From the NCBI GenBank assembly GCA_025786725.1, contig JAHLTZ010000031.1, positions 248,001 to 312,000 of the forward strand: a stretch of DNA of 64,000 bases. Reading direction: 5' to 3'. The translations under genes and the position numbers were made by a program. How positions within the stretch are numbered: the first letter of the stretch is position 1; each line of letters begins with the position of its first letter. Below the pieces are notes generated by a model that was not told the origin of the DNA, did no database searches, and worked only from the letters and a program-made list of their open reading frames with translations. Origin of the DNA: Syncephalis fuscata S228. Its lineage: Eukaryota; Fungi; Zoopagomycota. Below are positions 13,821 through 27,250 of this stretch, piece by piece.

Positions 13821-14371
13821 ACATATTGGTTATGTGCTGTCTAGTGCCGTTGTCTGTTTGATTCTGGCTCCATTACTATAAATTTAGTCATCGCACTTAA
13901 TATTGAGTTATGTTGGTAGAAAAAATACTACAGGTATGTGTAAACTTTTGCTTTATTAAAAGTATTTATTAGGCTAGTTGTTAATGGTTAATTATGGACG
14001 AATCAATTAATGGCAGTTAGCTATGACTTTAATGGTATCCAAGCTATGTGGCATTGATAGGAATGACAAGCTCAAAAAGAAACAAATTGGCACAGAAATA
14101 AAATAAACCATGAATAAAGTCAGTGCAAATGCAAAAGTGATAAGTGAATAAAAGTTATACGCATACTAAATAATAAATCTATAATAATAATAGTGTAGAT
14201 CTAGAAAAGTACGCAAAATATACAGCTTTCTTGTATTTGGCGGCGCTCCAAACCGATTTGGATCCAGCTTGAAATAAATTTCCCAATCAAGCTACACGTG
14301 TGCTTGCATCACACCAACGACGCAAGCAACCAACTGTCGTCACAGCTATTTCGTTAACAGCAAATTTCACA

Positions 14372-15903
14372 ATGTCTCATCAAAGCGGTATTCAAGGTAA
14401 GTAGCTGTATACATCAACAAGTTTTTTAGTAATTACAATGCAACAATAGCTTCAAAAGAATTAATCGAGCGGTTTGCACAAGCTATCGCTAGCGACAATG
14501 ACCGAATCATCCGAGTATCCATTAAAAACGGTAAGTCTTGGCATTTAACAATGACTAGCTAATCATTTAACGATAACGAAACCATTTATTTATATCTAGA
14601 ATCATTGGTAGAAGACGGTGTTGTTCCCGTGAAAGACAACTGGGAAACAGGCAAGCATATTAAAGTAAAGGTCAAACATATTGGTTAACGATAAGCTGTG
14701 TAGATTTCTCGCTAGTGGAAGGACTTCTTGAGGAGCGTACACCATCCTATATACTGTATCGACTGGACAGTAAGAATAGTTCAGATGATCATGAATGGCT
14801 ATTTATGGCCTATGTACCGGATCGTGCATCAGTACGCGACAAAATGTTATACGCCTCAACACGGGCCACTCTAACCAAAGAACTGGGCAATGCTCGATTC
14901 ACCGATGCACTTTATGGTACAACACGGGTAGGCAATATTTGTAATAATAAACAATAAGCCGTGTATACTAAATATTGATTAATAGGAAGAACTTACACTG
15001 AAGGGCTATAAAGATCATTTGCGTCATTTAAAAGCAGCCGCACCACTTACCGAGGCAGAGGAACAAATGGAACAACTACGTGTTACCGAGGTAATGACTA
15101 TTAGAAAGCACAATGCAGTAACAATTTATTTATTTTATACCATTCAATAATTTGCTATTAATTGATAAACTAGGCGGCAACTAGTGTTGGTAATGGTAGC
15201 CGTCGTAATCATATGGCAGCTTTAGGATTTCCAATTGAAGATGCGGCCCAAGATGCTTTGAAGCAGCTTCAATCAGAAGGCCATAAGGACAATTGCGTAA
15301 TATTGGTAAGTCAGATGCCAAAAGCGACAACAATTTACTGACAAACTGCATTAGCGATTAAACATCAAAGAGGAAAAGGTTGAACTTGATACAGTACAGA
15401 CGGTTACTGTCTCGAATTTAGCAACAACAATACCCAAGGATCTACCACGCTATACCTTTTACTCTTACAAGAAAGAAGATTCAACCGAAGCAATTGGTAT
15501 GTAGTAATAAGATGGCTAATGCCTCAATAAGACCAATAATGATAACGACAATAACTATTAGTATTTATTTACACTTGCCCTTCTGTGGCTAATGTACGCG
15601 AGAAAATGATTTACTCGTCGGCGCGTGAAACATTATTAAATACCGTCAGCAATATGGGTTTAGTTGTAGCAAAAAAGGTTAATAGCATAAAAAGTGTAAA
15701 GGTCAATTACTAACCCAACTTTAATAACAATATAGATGGAAACGGATGATGTTAGCGAATTAACAACTAAAGAGATAAGCGATTTATTTCCTCCAGAAGA
15801 AAAGAGTAGCACGGCTGGAATACGACCAGCGGCCTTTAAACGTCCTCCACTACCAGGTCGCGGTCGAGCCCGCCCTACAAATCGTACAGCGCAATTGGAA
15901 TAG
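14372..15903 (+). CDS. TWF1: Twinfilin (two ADF-H domains)
   Basis: MSHQSGIQ start; WLFMAYVPDRASVRDKMLYASTRATLTKELG; APLTEAE; FIYTCPS..VREKMIYSS; C-terminal AFKRPPLPGR. About 10 introns. Confidence 0.95.
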
Positions 15904-16116
15904 TTTTCCATTCAGCATCTACAACATTGTCTATGACAAGAAATAAATATGATAAACAACATGAAGCGCTTACTTAATGTGAACTGATTGGAATAAATGA
16001 AAAATAATAATTTATTAGTAGATATGATAAACAACAATTTATAACAAAAAGTCAATGTTATACTTAATAGATTATAATGATCTTTCTACATTTATTAATA
16101 TACTATTATTGGTTAT

Positions 16117-18369
16117 TTATACATCGAATGCGGTACCATAATAAAGTGAATTGGCCGATGCCGCCCACAATGATGGCCTCATTGCACTTTGTTGCTCTAT
16201 TGATGCTAGGTGTGTACGCCCTGGACACAATGGTCCATACCACTGAATTGTCGGTACTACTTGCGGCAATGGATCTAAAGGTCGTCGAAGCTGTTCGCCC
16301 GTCATAGTCGACCAACAACGAATGTTTTTATCTTGTCCCGCTTGATAAATAAACTTGTGGTTAATCTTCTCTCCCTTTGTATTAATTAATTTGATGCTAT
16401 GTTACTTACCGGCTGACAGCACAACTCCTGTACTATCGAGGGCAATACCAAGTCGCTGCGTGTATTCATTAACATGACCAGCAAATTCCAACAAAGGTGC
16501 TGCCATGGCACGTTTGGAATAACTATCGGTCGACCTAGACTTTACCGCAGCAAATCGCATATCCCACAACCGAATCTAGATGATTAGTATAAAAATGATG
16601 ATGATTAGTAATAGCACAATAAGCTTTTATAATTCATCTGCTTACTGATCCATTCATAGCACTTGAAATCAAATGCCAGTCATTTAGTGGTAATAGTGAG
16701 CACACCGCAGATGAATGCTTTAATCCAGAAATTGTTGATGCCTTATAGGACTAGTCTCTCGTAAATCAAGTAATCGAATACGGCCATCACGACAACCAGC
16801 TTTTACAATGGGCTAGATTGATAGTAATTAATATGGAAAGTGATTGAAACTGTAATTTAGTAATTATCGTATTACCATAGATCATTAGTGACTGTGATAG
16901 CAAATACATCACTGGATACAGAAATACGTGTATTGACAATGCCGTCGGGAGAAATAATTCCTATAATTTTACTACCACCTACATTTACATTAGTACTGCA
17001 GTTGTAGATAGAACTGGTTTTTAATAACTACCAAGTGCTACGACCGAGTCTGCAATATCAGAACACCAAAGAGAAGAATTGATTATAGGATGGTTGGTGC
17101 CGGTACTTATATCTATTACAAATATTATAAACATTATTTAACATGTCTATTCCTATTAGTATCCTACAGTGTTGATCATGATCCACGTCTATTCGATGTA
17201 TAACAGCAGTACCAGGCCATCTTGATTACCCAGACTAGTTGCTCTATTGTAACAAAGGTATAAGTCTGTGTACATTCTAATAATATGTAGGTATAATACT
17301 TACACAAAATAATTATCTTTTCGCAATGAAATAGACGTAATCTGCTCATTTGTATATTAGCTGTGCCACATACTTTCAACAAATTATCATATACTTGCTT
17401 GTGATGTCATAGTTATTGATGAACTGGAGGAATGTGCCAATACTGGCTGATTTTGACGATCGACTGACAAACGACGCAATCTATATTATATGTTATTATC
17501 GCCTACAACTGTACTCTAATTAAAACTAACTCTAGACTGCCCTCTTTAGTACCCAACAGCATAAATCCGCCATGATCGGCTATCTATATTCATTTTAATT
17601 GGCAAGCTTAATAACAAACATTTAATTATTACCTGCATATCTGTGATATCGCTATGAGTGACATTTTCATCCGTTAAGCCAAATGATTTTATACCAATGG
17701 TGGCTGCGGCTGCATAATGTCTATTGAGCACTATTAGCATCCATAGCAATAACGACAATTTTATTAAATCACTCACCGATAAGACAAGGGCCTTGCATTT
17801 AATTCTCGTCTTTTTAACATACTGTGTACATTATAGTTGCGTCGCCATTCTGCTCCATATTGTTTCTGCTCGATTTTTAATTGATTTAACTATCGATACA
17901 TACAATTAACCATCTATAGTATAGTATAGTAAATCATATAGTTTGCTTACCTGTTCTTCTAAGCGCTGCTTTTTACGAATAGTTTCATAGCTTGAAGGCA
18001 GTGGACCAGCTGCCCCTTGATTGACAATTCGGAAATAGCGACGACGTTCTACATCATAGTAGAATCCTGGTATTTCTGGCATTATAGAGCCGCTAGTGTT
18101 CGGTGATGCCATGGCTGGCGCACTAGCATCCGAATGCCCAACCAATGCTGTCGACAGCACTACTCTAGACTGCCCGTGCCTGCCTCGCTGTCTCCTACTA
18201 GAATCTCCTCTATATCCACCTCCTCCTGACTGCTGATGAGTTGTTCTTTTATAACTGCCGTTCTGATGATGTGCATTATGATTGTGTCGTCCGCGGTTAG
18301 AATTGCTGCCTCGTTGGCCACGTCTACGATATGTATTGGATCCAGGTCGCGCTCACGACTATTACTCAT
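16117..18369 (-). CDS. WD40 protein, DCAF4/WDR21-like
   Basis: PEIPGFYYDVERRRYFRI motif, then WD-type exons (GCRDGRIRLLDLR, LRLWDMR, FAGHVNEY, DKKHSLLV). The N-terminus is RG-rich with a probable frameshift. Confidence 0.8.
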
Positions 18370-18462
18370 AGTGTATTGAAATAAAAATGTTTATTCAACT
18401 ATTGGCTGTGGCGATTTTTATTTTAAACTTTTTTTATTCTTTATTGTCGTAACTACAACAAC

Positions 18463-19775
18463 ATGGATATTCTTGAGGCGCACTTGGGACCTGCCGCTAA
18501 CCGTCCAAACAAGATAATGGACGAAGCGGGAATGTTGGCGATGCTAAAAGAGACACCGTTGTTTATGCAAGATCTGCCAGAGGATTCCGGTGATAATGTA
18601 ACTTTGCAAGCATTACAATCGTTGGCTTATGCTGGAACACCTGAAGGTGAGTAAATAATTATAAATAAAATGTATTTAACACCATGTTTGATGAAAGAAA
18701 ATGCTGAAAACTTTAAAAAACACGGCAACGATTGTTTCCGTGGGGGTAAATCGCGCTATCTAGATGCTATTCAGTATTATACGCGTGCACTCGATGAGAA
18801 ATGTGATGATACGGCGCTTAATGTGGCCTGCTATATTAATAGAGCTGCCTGTAATCTAGAACTTGGTAAGTAGCAATAGTTACATCTATATCCTATAATT
18901 ACTAAATGTTGTATAGGAAACTATCGTCGAGTTCTTAATGATTGCGCCAAAGCTATTACACTGGATCCCAAATGCGTCAAAGCCTACTATCGATCTGCCA
19001 AAGCCTGTAGATTGTTAGAGAAGATTAAAGAAGCATTGGATGCTTGTAATCGTGGACTGGAAGTAAGCGGCTGTTTCAAAGACTAAACTATGATATATTT
19101 AGTTATATTACTATTACGTAGATAGATCCAGATAACGCCACACTAATCAAGGAAAAAGAGGCTATTCATTCGTTAGAAAACAGTTTAAATGAAAAACAAA
19201 AAGCAAAAGAAGCGCGGGACGAGAAATCACGCGCGGCAGAAGAACAAGTAGCACTAGCCATCCAGGTTAGATAAATGGATATGCATAGCTATCTTAGTAA
19301 ACTAACATTGTGACAGGAACGCGGCATTCGCACGATTACACGGCCACCAATTCCTGACAATCCACACAAAGTGCATATTGATCCGGAATCGGGCCACTTG
19401 CAATGGCCGGTGTTTTTCTTGTATCCAGAGTACAAAGAATCTGACTTCATTGCGGCATTTGACGAACAATCTACGTTCGAAGACCATTTGAACATTATGT
19501 TTGATCCTACTCAGCCACCAGCGCCTTGGGATAAGACGGGCTCGTATCGGCCCGAGCTATTAGAAGTCTACTTTGAGGCCATTCCACTGCTGGCTTCAAA
19601 CGGACAGAAGCAGAACAATAGCGAAACGCGGCTAGTAAAGGTTGGTCGTCGATGCACTCTTGGCCAAGCATTGCGCCATCGATCATTCACGGTGGTTAAC
19701 AATATGCCTTCATTTATTATTCTACCGGCTGTGTCACCATTTAAGGCTAACTTTTTGGCACGACATGCCAAATAG
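18463..19775 (+). CDS. CNS1: Hsp70/Hsp90 co-chaperone Cns1/TTC4 (TPR plus wheel domain)
   Basis: ETPLFMQDLP...LQALQSLAY, AENFKKHGNDCF, YINRAACNLELGNYR, LQWPVFFLYPEYKESDFI. Confidence 0.95.
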
Positions 19776-20919
19776 TAAAATAAAATACATTTTTTAGTTT
19801 ATACGAAATAAAAAACAACAAATTTTTATCCATTTATCTTTGTTTTGAATACCAAAAGCAATCGTTTTAAGATGCATCATACTCTTTCAAAACTGTAATG
19901 GTGTGCTGCCATTGATTTGCGGCCTAGCAAGGATGTGCTTTGGTATAACTATTATTGGAGATATAATCAGTGTAGATTATACGCTCAATTCTATTATTTT
20001 AGCTATATTACACTGAATATATAACTGTGGATATATCTTTCCTCTTTCGTTCTGCACTATGCCTTTATTAAAATGAAATAAAATACCTTTTCAATACTCT
20101 ATGACTCTATCATACTATATTTTCCTTTAAACATAAGCTATTATATTGTTGCGAATATTGTGATATTCAGGAAGAAACATCATAGCTTCTATTTTAAACA
20201 AATGGTCAGATTATGTAATAAAAATACAGGTTAATCTGTGCATTTTATTACATGTGTACTGGATCATTGGCTAAGAGTATATTTAACATCAAACAATAAA
20301 TAAAACATTAAATTCTGCATATTAATATACTAGCTTTACGTTAATAGGGCATAAGTGGTGTTATGCTGACTAAAAGTCTCCTTAAATATTATTTACTATA
20401 ATTATTTATAAATACAGAATAACTGGCTCTCCCAAGACACTAACATTGGTAGTGCAGCTGTATCACTAGTCTAATATACTTTAAATATGTGTTTAGCAAA
20501 AAGCAAGATCATTCAGCAACTGCCGTCTAGTTCATTCATACATCAATTCCCTGCCAATGTTCCGGTTTATTTATCTTCTAATCAATGGAATTGTTATATT
20601 ATTAATAAATTTGAATTTAATTAAATAGATTTAATTATGCAAACTGGTAGTAATAAACGTTTCTTTTTATTTTAATTATATTTGCTTTCTGCTTGCCAAT
20701 CAGTAGAATAATGCTGTGGCAATAAAACTATTGATTGATTAACACAAAATATCCTGCTAGATTGCTGGTCATTAACAAAATGTTTTAGATGCTTAGATAC
20801 CAGTTTGAGAACAAATACCCAAGCGTTACTCCTGAAAGTCTCCTTTTGCACATTTAAAGATCATTTGTTTGCTGACGCTTGCCGTTCATTTTTCTGCTCA
20901 TTACTCTATCTTTATTAAA

Positions 20920-21306
20920 ATGTTAAAGTATTTTTCTGCCTTGTTAGTAATTATTCTGATGTTGAGTACCGCCATAGGTGCTTCAACACTCACCGTCAAC
21001 AATGATCTACGAAATTATAACGCATCAACTGAGCAGTGCGTAAACAATATGGGTTGCATGTTTTGCACACTACAAGTGCCAACTTGCCAACCAGAATGTG
21101 GTGAAGATTCCATTTGCGAAGTTACACCACAAACGTGCTGTCAATGCGCAACTGCCCATTGCAAGCCTAAGAATAAGTACAAGCCTTGCATCAACTGTTT
21201 ATGGCGTCCTACATGCGACCGAGTTAGATGTCGTGGAGGGACACATTGTGTTGAAGTGGCACCAACATGCCATTCATGTGGTAGTGCTAACTGTGTCCCC
21301 AACTAG
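20920..21306 (+). CDS. Small secreted cysteine-rich protein with two tandem Opy2-like Cys repeats
   Basis: Signal peptide MLKYFSALLVIILMLSTAIGA, then two copies of CxxC-x4-PxC-x2/4-C-x5-C-x5-TCxxC-x4-C. No TM segment. Confidence 0.8.
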   Translation: MLKYFSALLVIILMLSTAIGASTLTVNNDLRNYNASTEQCVNNMGCMFCTLQVPTCQPECGEDSICEVTPQTCCQCATAHCKPKNKYKPCINCLWRPTCDRVRCRGGTHCVEVAPTCHSCGSANCVPN

Positions 21307-21591
21307 TCACAAATATTATTACAACAAATTTGTTGCATGAAATAAACTAGTATAGTAGCAATAAAGATGCTTGCTATTCGTTTTTTAATAATAATAATAA
21401 TAATAATAAAACTCCTTGGTATTAATGTGTTAGCAAATAGCCCCTTAAACAGAATCTACTGCTTGAGAAAGCACACGGTCATAGCGTTTTGTTAAAAATA
21501 TTTATTGTAATGAATAAAAACCAGCTATAATAATAAAATCTAATTTATAAAATGAATAATGATATTGATACACTAATAATATTGCTATATC

Positions 21592-23070
21592 CTATGCTAA
21601 AGTAAAATCAAAAATACTAACAGCTCCCGAGATGGGCTTAAAAAACAAAAAGGTAGAATACACTTCGATTAAAGGCCAGTTGACCTGCTTAGTAGTAACA
21701 ATAGTAGTTTTTGGAATACCGGAATAAACGTCAATTATTTGCGTGCTATTCTTTCCTGTCGATAAGAAAAAGCCACCGAGGATTGGCTTCAGATTTAGTA
21801 ACGCGCCATAGCTGTAGGCGTGCAGTATATCACCAGTTACCAAATCAACAATGTTACAAAAATATTGCGTTTCAACAAGTGCCGTTGTACGATCCAGACG
21901 ATAGGCAGGCCATGCTTCTTCAAAGCAGCAGAGCGGTTCCTGTCCACCAGTCACGTTGGCGTCATATATAGCTAATGTAGGATACATTCCATTATTTTGA
22001 TATTCTACATAAACGTAATCTGGTCCCAGTCGACTTATTGCAACTCGATCAGATTTGGCAGTTATGCAAAAGTATCCTTTGCTCAATAGATCTACTACTA
22101 GTCCATTTGTCAATAGATCACAGCGATACTGGCGCCAGTCGATCCGATACTGTGAACTGGCGGTAGGAGCAGTTAACAGTACAACGCTATCTGTTTCAGC
22201 AGCGATAATGGCATGAACGTATTGAATATTCAATGGTAGCCGCGAATACTGACAGGTGGCCAGATTTACCAGCCAGATTGGATCTTGGTCAGAGTAGCCT
22301 CGGAAAACCACCCAACGGCCAAAAGTTATAGTGCGTTTAAAGTCATTATGATGGTATGAAAAGCCAGGAATTTCAAATGGCACCCATTTGTCATCAGAGT
22401 AGGTTGGACGAACAAAAAATGTGTTTCTAGCCTCTACTACGGTATAACAACCGTTACTTATTATCGGTTTAACATGTCTTGCGTGCCCATCTTCAGTCTT
22501 ATCGAATGTGGATAGCGTTGGTATATCGTTAAGTGCCGTGGTGATATTGCCAGGCATTTCTGCTGGACGTAGATATGTCAGCCGAACACTTTCCTGATTA
22601 ACTAGCTTTAGCGGTATGCTAGAGGCACTTGTAGGCATTATATGGATACCTGAAATGGTTTCGGGTGAGTATTCATCATAGTGCCATTGTCTATGATGTT
22701 TTCCAAGCCAATTATCCTGTACTGTTAAGCGGTACTGGTACGCCATCTTCCAATTGACTCCTGAAAATGCCCAGTGCTCTTCCAGATTGTCCAGCAAATC
22801 AACAGGCGCATTTTTGCCACGTCTAAACTCTCGCCAGATTTTGTTGCGGTACCACATCAAAAAGTCTTGTTCATGCTCAACGTATTGCCAATGAAAACTG
22901 CGTCCATAGCATCCACGCCAGTATTGATTTGACTGTCTTAGCGATGTATGGATTGCACGGCTAGTGCATTCCAACTCTAGCAAAGCGTCGTCATCCAGCT
23001 TTTTTAATAAATCGTCACGTTCGCTTGGTGGCAATAGCACCAATATTATTTCTAATTTAGAATAAATCAT
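21592..23070 (-). CDS. Intronless F-box-like protein with beta-rich C-terminus
   Basis: 492-aa ORF. N-terminal LLPPSERDDLLKKLDDDALLELECTSRAIH...YWRGCY is F-box-like, followed by NWKMAYQYRLTVQDNW. Confidence 0.7.
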   Translation of the reverse strand: MIYSKLEIILVLLPPSERDDLLKKLDDDALLELECTSRAIHTSLRQSNQYWRGCYGRSFHWQYVEHEQDFLMWYRNKIWREFRRGKNAPVDLLDNLEEHWAFSGVNWKMAYQYRLTVQDNWLGKHHRQWHYDEYSPETISGIHIMPTSASSIPLKLVNQESVRLTYLRPAEMPGNITTALNDIPTLSTFDKTEDGHARHVKPIISNGCYTVVEARNTFFVRPTYSDDKWVPFEIPGFSYHHNDFKRTITFGRWVVFRGYSDQDPIWLVNLATCQYSRLPLNIQYVHAIIAAETDSVVLLTAPTASSQYRIDWRQYRCDLLTNGLVVDLLSKGYFCITAKSDRVAISRLGPDYVYVEYQNNGMYPTLAIYDANVTGGQEPLCCFEEAWPAYRLDRTTALVETQYFCNIVDLVTGDILHAYSYGALLNLKPILGGFFLSTGKNSTQIIDVYSGIPKTTIVTTKQVNWPLIEVYSTFLFFKPISGAVSIFDFTLA

Positions 23071-23744
23071 CGTACGAAAGTATTCAAAAACTATAATTGG
23101 AAATAGATATTACAGCGATGAACTGGTTATTAAAAAGATATGTCTCTAGAACAAGGCTACACGGATATGCTATATTAAAACGATTTGAAGAAAGAAATGC
23201 GTACCCGGAGATTCAATGGCAGACTTGTAATTTTGAGAACAAGGCACGCGAATCAACAGTCTTGTGCTCTTTCCTTTTTCGTCAAATATATAACAGTCTC
23301 AGCACCGATCTATCAAAAACTGGTGTTGTATTCAAACTACACCCGCCTTGAAATCATCCAGTAGTATGTAATAACAAATACAAGAATATAATATGTAACT
23401 AGTAGCTTATGGATAATATTGGTTAGTTTTAATGCGTTGATATTGGTTAAACAATATAGCCTACTGAACCATTATTTGATCTCACATGCCAATTAGCAAT
23501 ACCACGTTGCTCTGTGTTTGAACGCATGGTAGCGCCACGCATTTATTGTACATGGCACATGGCGCATGGCACACATGATAATATTATAATATACAATTAT
23601 TTATTTAATCAACTCCTTTTTCGTGAGATTACATACTACAAATTATCATTCAATACTTGAATGGTGCGTTTTAGTTTGTTTGCTTATTATTACATTATCA
23701 TTAAGCAATATGTTAATCATTTATTGTCATTTAGTTGTAAATGA

Positions 23745-24195
23745 ATATTTTAATAACATTCGCGCAATTGAACTGCACATTCATTTATTGAACATGGGAC
23801 AAGTGGTGAGTTTTATTTAATCGTCACATCATCACACTTATTGCTTTTTTGGGGGATAAATGACTAATATTTAATAACGCCCAATCTATTGAACATGATG
23901 ATGGGTGGTGAGTGACATCAGTCATCAAATACTCGTCATCATAGATTCGTTATCCAGTATGCATATATCCACCATTTACCTATATCATTCCCATTCTGTC
24001 CCACACTACTATGTATCATTCTACGATACACTAGACAAATTTTATTGTTTATACGCGGCAATATACTTTGCTCCTTCCACTCATTCCACTATATACACTG
24101 TAGCTTTGACACCGCTTTTTATGTTTTCTATGATCGCCCATCTTTCCTCTATCCAAAATCATGTTTATTTTTGCACCAGGCTAATTATTAACAAA
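23745..24195 (+). repeat. Dispersed repeat family copy
   Basis: Near-identical to the reverse complement of 26870-27245 and to 26010-26232. Confidence 0.9.
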
Positions 24196-25109
24196 TCGAA
24201 TTATTGTAACCGTCTGCTAGACAAGCCGGCAATTGTCAATTAGCAATGGCTTTGGTGTTGATCAAGCAAAACAATGCGTATCCACAGTAATGGCAAGGTC
24301 AGCCGGAAATGGCCCAATGGGTGGCTGTATTACTACGGGCTCTGGAGTTGAATGTTAAACCGAGTCACGGCAATACTCCATATTAGGAAGGTGGTACAAA
24401 AAACGGAAGTGATGTAGTGGCGTGCTGTGTACATTGAGGCCAATATGAGTGAAATAGAACGAATAAAGCGTACCACTACATAGCTCAATAGCCAGAAACA
24501 ACCCGGGCAATGCAATCGATGCATACGCGACGTAAAACAAACAAAATACGTCAGCTGATATACGAGTAAGAACCTGCAAGGACCATACTGAGTGGTCATT
24601 AGCTGAAAGCACTGCAATGACTGCAATGACTGCACTAGAATAAGCCAGATTGGCAGCCAGCAGCCAGTATACTATACACCAATCGACAAACTAGCATAAT
24701 AAACAAATTATAGCGATAAATAAACAAATTTATATTTATATTTAACGATTTTCACCAATATTTGACCAATATTGCTATGATATGCATATACAATTCTAAA
24801 TAAAAACAATAAATATTTAGACATTTTATTTTATTGGTTTATTATAGCCAGAATTGTCATGCGAGTACGCAGAACCAATCGGATTTGCAGTATATATATT
24901 CGTTAATGTACTGTTAACTTTATCAATATGCCCAACTGTGACTGTGTAATATGGTCATTAGCAGAAAAAGCGTAATGAAGGGCCAATTCAACTATAAAGC
25001 TAGAGTCGAATGGACAACGCCAACCGATAGAGTGTGGCCAATATACTGTATAACAATGTACAACAACATTTAATAAAATAAAAGTGTACAGCATAAACAG
25101 AATGGAAAT

Positions 25110-25380
25110 AATGCAAGTAAATGGTGGATATATGCATACTGGATAATAAAGCTACAATAATGAGCATTTGATAATTGATGTCACTCACCGCCCATCATCA
25201 TGTTCAATAGATCGGGCGTTATTAAATATTAGTCATTTAACCACCAAATCACAATAAATGTAATAATGCGACGATTAAATCAAACTCACCACTTGTCCCC
25301 ATGTTCAATAGAACGAAAATGTAGTTCAACTACGCGAATGTTACAAAAAAAAGTCATTTGACCCCCAAATCACACTAAGC
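25110..25380 (-). repeat. Dispersed repeat family copy (inverted, left of the satellite)
   Basis: Reverse complement of the family core; ends in GACCCCCAAATCACACTA, mirrored at 25985. Confidence 0.85.
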
Positions 25381-25410
25381 AATAAACGATTTTAGTTAAA
25401 AAAAGCTATA

Positions 25411-25935
25411 ATGTGATATATAATGGTATATAATGGTATATAGTGGTATATAGTGATATATAGTGATATATAGTGGTGCATAGTGGTGTATAGTGATATA
25501 TACTTTCTTATACTGCCTTACACCGCCTTATACCGTCTTATGGAGCTGTATGGAGCGGTACGAAGCGGTACGAAGCGGTATAAAGCGGTACAAAGCGGTA
25601 TAAAGCGGTACGAAGCGGTATAAAGCGGTACGAAGCGGTATAAAGCGGTACGAAGCGGTATAAAGCGGTACGAAGCGGTATAAAGCGGTACGAAGCGGTA
25701 TAAAGCGGTACGAAGCGGTATAAAGCGGTACGAAGCGGTATAAAGCGGTACGAAGCGGTATAAAGCGGTACGAAGCGGTATAAAGCGGTACGAAGCGGTA
25801 CGAAGCGGTATAAAGCGGTACGAAGCGGTATAAAGCGGTACGAAGCGGTACGAAGCGGTACGCCGTCTTATACCTTCTTACACCGTCTTATGGAGCGGTA
25901 CGCCGTCTTACGCCGTCATATAATGGTATATAACA
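25411..25935. repeat. 10-bp satellite, core (TAAAGCGGTA/CGAAGCGGTA)n at 25551-25860
   Basis: About 30 core 10-mers, mostly alternating. Flanked by TAGTGGTATA-type units and by reverse-oriented TACCGTCTTA-type units. Confidence 0.95.
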
Positions 25936-25984
25936 ATATATATATTTTTATAATTGTTTATTTAATCATTACATTATTACATGT

Positions 25985-26232
25985 AGTGTGATTTGGGGGT
26001 CAAATGACTAAATTTAATAACATTCGCGCAATTGCACTGCACATTCACTCTATTGAACATGGGGACAAGTGGTGAGTTTTATTTAATCGTCACATCATCA
26101 CACTTATTGCTTTTTGGGGGACAAATGACTAATATCTAATAACGCCCAATCTATTGAACATGATGATGGGTGGTGAGTGACATCAGTCATCAAATACTCG
26201 TCATCATAGATTCGTTATCCAGTATGCATATA
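25985..26232 (+). repeat. Dispersed repeat family copy (right of the satellite)
   Basis: TAGTGTGATTTGGGGGTCAAATGAC... mirrors 25110-25380. Confidence 0.9.
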
Positions 26233-26499
26233 TTATCACAGTATGTGTTGTTACTATTTATACCCGTCATTTTGCTTGATTAATATTAAAACTATATCTA
26301 ATTGACATGATCTAGTTTATTTATAAATAATTTTAATAAAGCATAACTTTATTTATATTCATATTATTTGTTCTATCAATATAACTCAGTAAACAAACTA
26401 AGTGCGATATTTCAATATTTATTAATAAAAAAGCTGAAACCATACCAACGACGGTTATAAATAGCGTATAGTCAATATACAATAAAATAATAAGCATTA

Positions 26500-27250
26500 T
26501 AATGAATACACAATATTGAACGAGATTAGCAATGTTTAAGTTATTGAGCATATATGCATGAACAGATGACCGACATTAGTTGGACTTTTTTAATAATAAA
26601 GCTAGAACAAAAAGGACAACTGCAATAGCTAGTGCGTATTTACTGGACAATAAAGCAGTATATAGAATACTAAATATGCAATATAGAGTGACGATTAGCA
26701 GTATTAAAGTTATTGAGCATATATGCATGAACAGATGACCGACATTAGCTGACATTTATTAATAATAAAGCTAGAACAAAAGTAAAAATATATTTGGATA
26801 CAGAAAGGTTAGACAATTATAAAATGATATATAAAATAATAAATGTACGGCAAGAAAGCATATAAAACGATGTCAAAGTTGCAGTGTGTATAGTGGAATG
26901 AGTGGAATGAGCAAAGTATATTGCCGCGTATAAACAATAAAATGTGTCTAATGTATTGTAGAATGATACATAGTAGTGTGGGGCAGAATGGGAATGATAT
27001 AGGTAAACGGTGGATATATGCATACTGGATAACGAATCTATGATGACGAGTATTTGATGACTGATGTCACTCACCACCCATCATCATGTTCAATAGATTG
27101 GGCGTTATTAAATATTAGTCATTTGTCCCCAAAAAAGCAATAAGTGTGATGATGTGACGATTAAATAAAACTCACCACTTGTCCCTATATTAAATAAGAC
27201 AAAAATGTAGTTCAGTTGCGCGAGTGTTATTAAAATATTCATTTGGAACC
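26500..27250 (-). repeat. Long dispersed repeat copy with internal ~170-bp tandem duplication
   Basis: AAGTTATTGAGCATATATGCATGAACAGATGACCGACATTAG occurs at about 26538 and 26707; the 3' part mirrors 23745-24130. Confidence 0.9.

Noticed and set aside
24250-24700. GC-richer segment with overlapping short ORFs inside the repeat block
   Set aside because: No recognisable motif or consistent splice structure; possibly captured or decayed sequence, but not supportable.
25551-25860. Interstitial telomere repeat
   Set aside because: The unit lacks the G-run typical of TTAGGG-like telomeres, and nothing in this window links it to a chromosome end.
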